From IMG/VR virus record IMGVR_UViG_3300033072_000946: a DNA stretch of 20,000 bases; one strand, 5' to 3'. Shown here in pieces: positions 16,286 to 20,000 of the stretch; within the stretch, counting starts at the first letter, position 1, and each line of letters begins with the position of its first letter. A model generated the notes under the pieces. It was not told where the DNA came from. It did no database searches and was given only the letters and a program-made list of their open reading frames with translations. The position numbers and the translations under genes are program-made. This stretch comes from an uncultured virus (IMG/VR IMGVR_UViG_3300033072_000946). Taxonomy: Duplodnaviria; Heunggongvirae; Uroviricota; Caudoviricetes.

Positions 16286-17154
16286 ACGTCCATCCTATCG
16301 AGACACAATACCTCGCGTTGCTGAAGGAACTGGCGTTCTCGCGCGCCGCCAACATCCGCGAGGACCGCACCGGGACCGGCACGTTTTCGTTGTTCGGTCG
16401 GACGCTGCGCGGCCCGGCAGACGGCGCGCAATTCCCGCTTCTGACCACGAAGCGCGTCCACTTCAAGTCCGTCGTCCATGAGCTTCTGTGGATGCTGCGC
16501 GGAGAGACCAACACAGCGTCGCTCAACGTCGCGGGCGTGACGATCTGGGACGAGTGGGCCGACGCGCACGGCTATCTCGGGCCGATCTATGGGCACCAGT
16601 GGCGCTACTGGACGGTCCTCGACTCGATCACTGAGACCGGTGTCAAGGGACGCACGTTCGACCAGATCCGTGAAGCGCAGCGTCTCCTGCGCGAGGACCC
16701 GTTCTCCCGGCGCATCATCGTGTCGGCGTGGAACGTCGCCGATCTGGACAAGATGGCGCTGGCGCCGTGTCACGCCTTCTTCCAGTTCTACGTCCGGAAG
16801 GACGCGACCGGGCTCGCGCGCACGTACCTGGATCTCCAGCTCTACCAGCGCTCCGCCGACATCTTCCTCGGGGTCCCCTTCAACATCGCGAGCTACGCGC
16901 TGTTGATCAACCTGATGGCGTCCGTCACCGGGCACCACCCTGGTGATCTCATCATCCAGTTCGGTGACGTGCATCTCTACAAGAACCACGCGGCGGCGGC
17001 CCTCGAACAGCTCCGCCGGACGCCGAAAGAGGCATGCGACGTGGAGCTGATCCCGGAGCACAAGCCCGATAACGTCTGGGAGTACCGTCCGTCCGACGTG
17101 GTCCTGACGAACTACTTCCCCCATCCCACAATCAAGGCCCCCGTGGCGGTGTAA
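16282..17154 (+). CDS. thyA: Thymidylate synthase, 290 aa
   Basis: DRTGTGT, FPLLTTK, ELLW, IWDEWAD, LGPIYGHQWR, SRRIIVSAWN, catalytic MALAPCH, YQRSADIFLGVPFNIASY, GDVHLYKNH; GTG start after GGAG. Confidence 0.97.
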   Translation: MNVHPIETQYLALLKELAFSRAANIREDRTGTGTFSLFGRTLRGPADGAQFPLLTTKRVHFKSVVHELLWMLRGETNTASLNVAGVTIWDEWADAHGYLGPIYGHQWRYWTVLDSITETGVKGRTFDQIREAQRLLREDPFSRRIIVSAWNVADLDKMALAPCHAFFQFYVRKDATGLARTYLDLQLYQRSADIFLGVPFNIASYALLINLMASVTGHHPGDLIIQFGDVHLYKNHAAAALEQLRRTPKEACDVELIPEHKPDNVWEYRPSDVVLTNYFPHPTIKAPVAV

Positions 17155-17156
17155 TC

Positions 17157-17402
17157 ATGCGTACGTGTTGGAAAGTCGTGTTCGTCGTCGTCATCGCCGT
17201 CCTTCTCATCGCCGTCCTTCTCATGGCGGGACTGACTACGGCGCTGGTTTGGGCGGCGACGTATTACCGAGGTGCGTCGTTCCTGATGCCACCCATCCTG
17301 GCGATGGATGTTCTCCACATGCTCGTGATCCTGTGCGGCGGCTTCCTGACCGGGATGTTCGTGATCGCCCTCGGGATCGAGATCAAGGAGGGGATGAAGT
17401 GA
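17157..17402 (+). CDS. Small membrane protein (2 hydrophobic segments), 81 aa
   Basis: Highly hydrophobic; tightly packed after thyA. Confidence 0.7.
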   Translation: MRTCWKVVFVVVIAVLLIAVLLMAGLTTALVWAATYYRGASFLMPPILAMDVLHMLVILCGGFLTGMFVIALGIEIKEGMK

Positions 17403-17617
17403 TCTACTTCACCGACACCGAGCGCCTCGTCCTGCTGCTGATCGGCATCGGCAGTTGTGTACTCTGCTCGCTATCCATGGACCAGATCGCGGGCGCCGGG
17501 GGCGACTGGTTTGCTCACCCATTCGACCTCTTCAACATGTTCGTCCGTGTCGGCACGATCGCGACCGCGTATGTGGCCGTGATCGCAATGTCAGCCGCCT
17601 GGACGGGACGGGCGTAA
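17399..17617 (+). CDS. Small membrane protein (2 hydrophobic segments), 72 aa
   Basis: GGAGGGG RBS; GTGA overlap; MIYFTDTERLVLLLIGIG... Confidence 0.7.
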   Translation: MIYFTDTERLVLLLIGIGSCVLCSLSMDQIAGAGGDWFAHPFDLFNMFVRVGTIATAYVAVIAMSAAWTGRA

Positions 17618-17618
17618 C

Positions 17619-17807
17619 ATGCTCCGCCGATCCACCACCAGCCAAGTCATCGCCGAATTCCGGCTCAACCGGGGCGAAATGCTCGTATTCGAGCAGGGCG
17701 GGGCCCTTTTTACCCGAAAAAGGGTCCGTTTCGCGCCGGTTTTGGACGTCATTTCGAAGCTCGAAACACGCAGATCGACGTTCAAAGCAGCCTCCGTCGA
17801 ACTATAA
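17619..17807 (+). CDS. Hypothetical protein, 62 aa
   Basis: Packed 1 bp after the previous stop, same strand. Confidence 0.55.
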   Translation: MLRRSTTSQVIAEFRLNRGEMLVFEQGGALFTRKRVRFAPVLDVISKLETRRSTFKAASVEL

Positions 17808-17838
17808 ACCCGCCCCTTAGCGAAAGACAGCGGTCTCG

Positions 17839-18087
17839 ATGAAATCCCCTATCCAGACGGTTAATCGTTGGCGGAAAACGTCTGAGATCCCTCCGCCGAC
17901 CGGGCGTCCGATCCTTATTCGGGTGTTTCAGGACGTCACCAAGCATCCCGACGGTGGTTCGTGGTGGCTCGGGCGCACCGCCTACGCCGTAGTGATTGTC
18001 AGCGAGACGAAAAAGACCTTCAACTTCGTCGGACGCACCTTTCCGGTGGGGTCGATCGAGATCTGGTGCAACCTGCCGCCGGAGTAG
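17839..18087 (+). CDS. Hypothetical protein, 82 aa (W...E.PP.....LI...W..LP pattern, DUF551-like)
   Basis: Operon continuity; terminal W/P motifs. Confidence 0.6.
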   Translation: MKSPIQTVNRWRKTSEIPPPTGRPILIRVFQDVTKHPDGGSWWLGRTAYAVVIVSETKKTFNFVGRTFPVGSIEIWCNLPPE

Positions 18088-18091
18088 GCGC

Positions 18092-18426
18092 ATGAAGCTC
18101 TGCAAGGACTGCAAGCACTTTCGCGGGGAGCATTCCCGGCGCTGTTTTCACCCCGCTTCGGGGCGTGGAAAGACTACGTCAACGGAAAGGACCGCCCGTA
18201 TAACAAGAGCTGCGACGACGAAAGGATGGCGTGGCCCTGGTTCCTGCGTCCCTTCATGCCCACCGGGTGCGGCCCCGAGGGGCGGTACTTCGAGCCCGCG
18301 CTGCAGGTGGTGCCGACGCAGGAGATCGTGCACCTTGAGGGGCAGGCCCGGATCGACGCGATCCAGGCTGGGGAGCCCGATTTCATCGTGGGGAGCCCGC
18401 CGGAGCCTCAACGAACGCTCGATTGA
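18092..18426 (+). pseudogene. Cys-rich phage protein split by a 1-base frameshift near 18151-18172
   Basis: MKLCKDCKHF...CFHP in one frame; KDYVNG...C..ER...CGPEGRYFEP in the -1 frame; GGAG RBS. Confidence 0.65.
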
Positions 18427-18526
18427 GAAAAGTAGGGAGGGACCCGGACCATATTTTATATAGCGACCCACTAGGTGCGCGCGTCGTGCCGGGGGTAGCC
18501 GTGGGGGCCCGTGGGTCCCATCCGAG

Positions 18527-18542
18527 GTTAATTTTCACTTAA
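18527..18542. promoter_or_regulatory. CtrA-type box GTTAA-TTTTCAC-TTAA
   Basis: Perfect match to TTAA-N7-TTAAC on the minus strand. Confidence 0.7.
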
Positions 18543-18794
18543 TGTTTACCATGTTGCCACGTTGCACATCGAACAATGAGCTGATCGATGAGTTTGGCAT
18601 GGGAATTGCTTTGTTGCATTTTCGCATCGTCCGATGTTGCATTTTTGATAGTTACGAATTGGTTCACTGTCCGATGTGAAATTGAATTTCATTTGTTCGA
18701 TTTGTTTTATTCTTTCGTAACTATGTTGAGTGTGCAGTGCGGTATGCATGGGTGCAGTGCACACGCATGCATGTGTTGTATGTAGTATATATCA

Positions 18795-18812
18795 TGTGGT
18801 GTGCACACCACA
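18795..18812. repeat. Perfect 18-bp palindrome TGTGGTGTGCACACCACA
   Basis: Reads identically on both strands. Confidence 0.9.
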
Positions 18813-18963
18813 CTGTGGCCATTGTGCATCTATGGTTATGTGGTATGTACCAGGGTAGGGCTGCAGTGCATGTGCACTGTGTGGGTAGGACGTTCAGATC
18901 ATGGGGAAAATGTCAATAGACAAAGTGTAAGGGTGCTGCGGAAAGACCTAAGATAGTAAACAC

Positions 18964-18992
18964 TAGACTAAATGGTTAAGATGGAGTAAATT
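18964..18992 (+). promoter_or_regulatory. Putative promoter TAGACT-17-TAAATT with overlapping GTTAA-N7-TAAA
   Basis: Shares GTTAAGATGG at the same 5-nt offset from the -35 as the scaffold promoter. Confidence 0.55.
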
Positions 18993-19256
18993 GGACGTTC
19001 TCATATAGTCTCCCCGTAGGCGTCGGGGAGGGGAATTGTAATGGTTAATTCTCCCCTGTCCCCTTCTACTGAAAAACGGACAAGTAAATACTCCCCTAAC
19101 GAGGGAGAGTTGTAGCTCCAAGGGTTAATTTTCCCTAGGTCTGCCGCGTCTTGGGAGATTAACCCTGAGGCTGTCCTTTTTGCGTGGCAAAAAGCGTGCC
19201 AGTAACCATGCCTGTTAACTTGTCCCGATTGTGCCAGTTCGGGACACGCGGAAAGG

Positions 19257-19272
19257 GTTAAAAATTGCTTAA
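19257..19272. promoter_or_regulatory. CtrA-type box GTTAA-AAATTGC-TTAA
   Basis: Perfect match to TTAA-N7-TTAAC on the minus strand. Confidence 0.7.
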
Positions 19273-19344
19273 TTGTCCCGATTTGTGGAAGAAAATTGCG
19301 CGAAACGGTTAACGGGGAGTAAAATGTTGTGCCATTTTGGGACA

Positions 19345-19369
19345 GGCCCCCGGCTTTGGACCGGGGGCC
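19345..19369. terminator. GC-rich hairpin, probable terminator of the 78-aa gene (possibly bidirectional)
   Basis: GGCCCCCGG-CTTTGGA-CCGGGGGCC, 8 bp after the stop at 19378; weak U-tract. Confidence 0.6.
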
Positions 19370-19442
19370 GTCTGCTGTCAGGCCAGCTTGACGTCGCCGA
19401 ACACGTCCGCAAAATCCGGGTCCGTGTTGGGGCGATAGGCGC
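19346..19442. repeat. Exact direct repeat, copy 1 (>=97 bp)
   Basis: Identical to 19904..20000 (offset 558 bp). Confidence 0.95.
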
Positions 19443-19614
19443 CGACCTTTTGCAAGGCGCTGAGCACGCCCGCGAACTTGTGGCGGCTCCACTCGGCGGG
19501 CTTAGCGTTGTCGAGATAGACGGCGGCCCACTGCGAGCCGTCAGCGCGGGTTTCGGTGCAGCCTTCGCAGTTGGCGCGAAGGGCGGCGAGGGCGGCGGTC
19601 ATGTCGGCGGTCAT
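19378..19614 (-). CDS. Hypothetical protein, 78 aa
   Basis: GGAGA RBS 8 nt before ATG; GC3-rich codons; followed by a hairpin. Confidence 0.8.
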   Translation of the reverse strand: MTADMTAALAALRANCEGCTETRADGSQWAAVYLDNAKPAEWSRHKFAGVLSALQKVGAYRPNTDPDFADVFGDVKLA

Positions 19615-19742
19615 GGCGTCATCTCCGGTGGTGTGTGTCTGATAGGACTAGAATAGGCACCATGTCCTAACAAGCGGTTACGAATAGGCATCCTGTCCCG
19701 TCTTTTCTGACGGGAGCCAGCCCATGGTTAAAATCTGCTTAC

Positions 19743-19798
19743 TCGTTGGAAAATCTGCGAAGGTGTTGGAACCGCCCTATTTCGTTGGAAAATCTGCG
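19743..19798. repeat. 17-bp direct repeat TCGTTGGAAAATCTGCG x2
   Basis: Copies at 19743-19759 and 19782-19798; partial AAAATCTGC at 19730-19738. Confidence 0.85.
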
Positions 19799-19903
19799 GA
19801 ATTGGCAAACCGTCCTAGCCTATGCCTCGATTTGCCCGACAACGTCCATGATCTCGAAACCGGCATCAAGGGGCGAAATGCCGCGCTCTAGCACAAAGAC
19901 CAC

Positions 19904-20000
19904 GCCCCCGGCTTTGGACCGGGGGCCGTCTGCTGTCAGGCCAGCTTGACGTCGCCGAACACGTCCGCAAAATCCGGGTCCGTGTTGGGGCGATAGGCGC
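19904..20000. repeat. Exact direct repeat, copy 2 (runs off the window); holds the hairpin and the 3' end (stop 19936-19938) of a second copy of the 78-aa gene
   Basis: Base-by-base identity with 19346..19442. Confidence 0.95.

Larger units (their letters stand above)
18999..19370 (+). ncRNA. Candidate structured non-coding RNA (unassigned family)
   Basis: About 9 consecutive hairpins downstream of a promoter-like element; G-U pairs in the longer stems favour the + strand; no convincing gene. Confidence 0.4.

Noticed and set aside
16282..17154. thyA as a modified-base (dCMP/dUMP hydroxymethylase) pathway gene
   Set aside because: All canonical ThyA motifs, including the dUMP-specifying Asn in PFNIASY, are intact. 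No neighbouring modification genes are visible.
18546..18919. Short ORFs in the T/G-rich tract
   Set aside because: Cys/His/Met-rich translations reflect the TGCA/GTGT repeats; codon usage is unlike the real genes.
19001..19492. 163-aa minus-strand ORF
   Set aside because: It overlaps the real 78-aa gene in another frame, runs through a terminator hairpin, has atypical AT-rich codons and has no RBS.
19730..19800. Mini-CRISPR array
   Set aside because: Only two 17-bp repeats with a 22-bp gap; too short, and no cas genes.

Overview
This is a 20 kb segment of a GC-rich, long-tailed (siphovirus-type) phage genome, most likely infecting an alphaproteobacterium. Bases 1-13957 (minus strand) hold a compact virion morphogenesis operon. 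Its order is portal, 4-5 small unknown ORFs, scaffold, major capsid, minor capsid, HeH-like protein, head-tail adaptor, head closure, neck protein, tail terminator, an inserted fibre-like protein, a large tail tube, tail assembly chaperones joined by a -1 frameshift at GGGAAAC, and a tape measure gene that runs off the left edge. From memory, the capsid, minor capsid and tail tube resemble those of Caulobacter phage phiCbK; this has not been checked by search. No terminase lies next to the portal. A divergent plus-strand operon (14116-18426) encodes small accessory proteins, an HNH endonuclease and a canonical thymidylate synthase. The last ~1.55 kb is mostly non-coding and is the most interesting part. 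It has two perfect and several near-perfect CtrA-type boxes (TTAA-N7-TTAAC), a palindrome-rich TGCA/GTGT tract, and a promoter followed by about 9 consecutive hairpins (a candidate ~370-nt structured ncRNA). It also has an exact repeat of at least 97 bp that duplicates the end of a small gene plus its hairpin.
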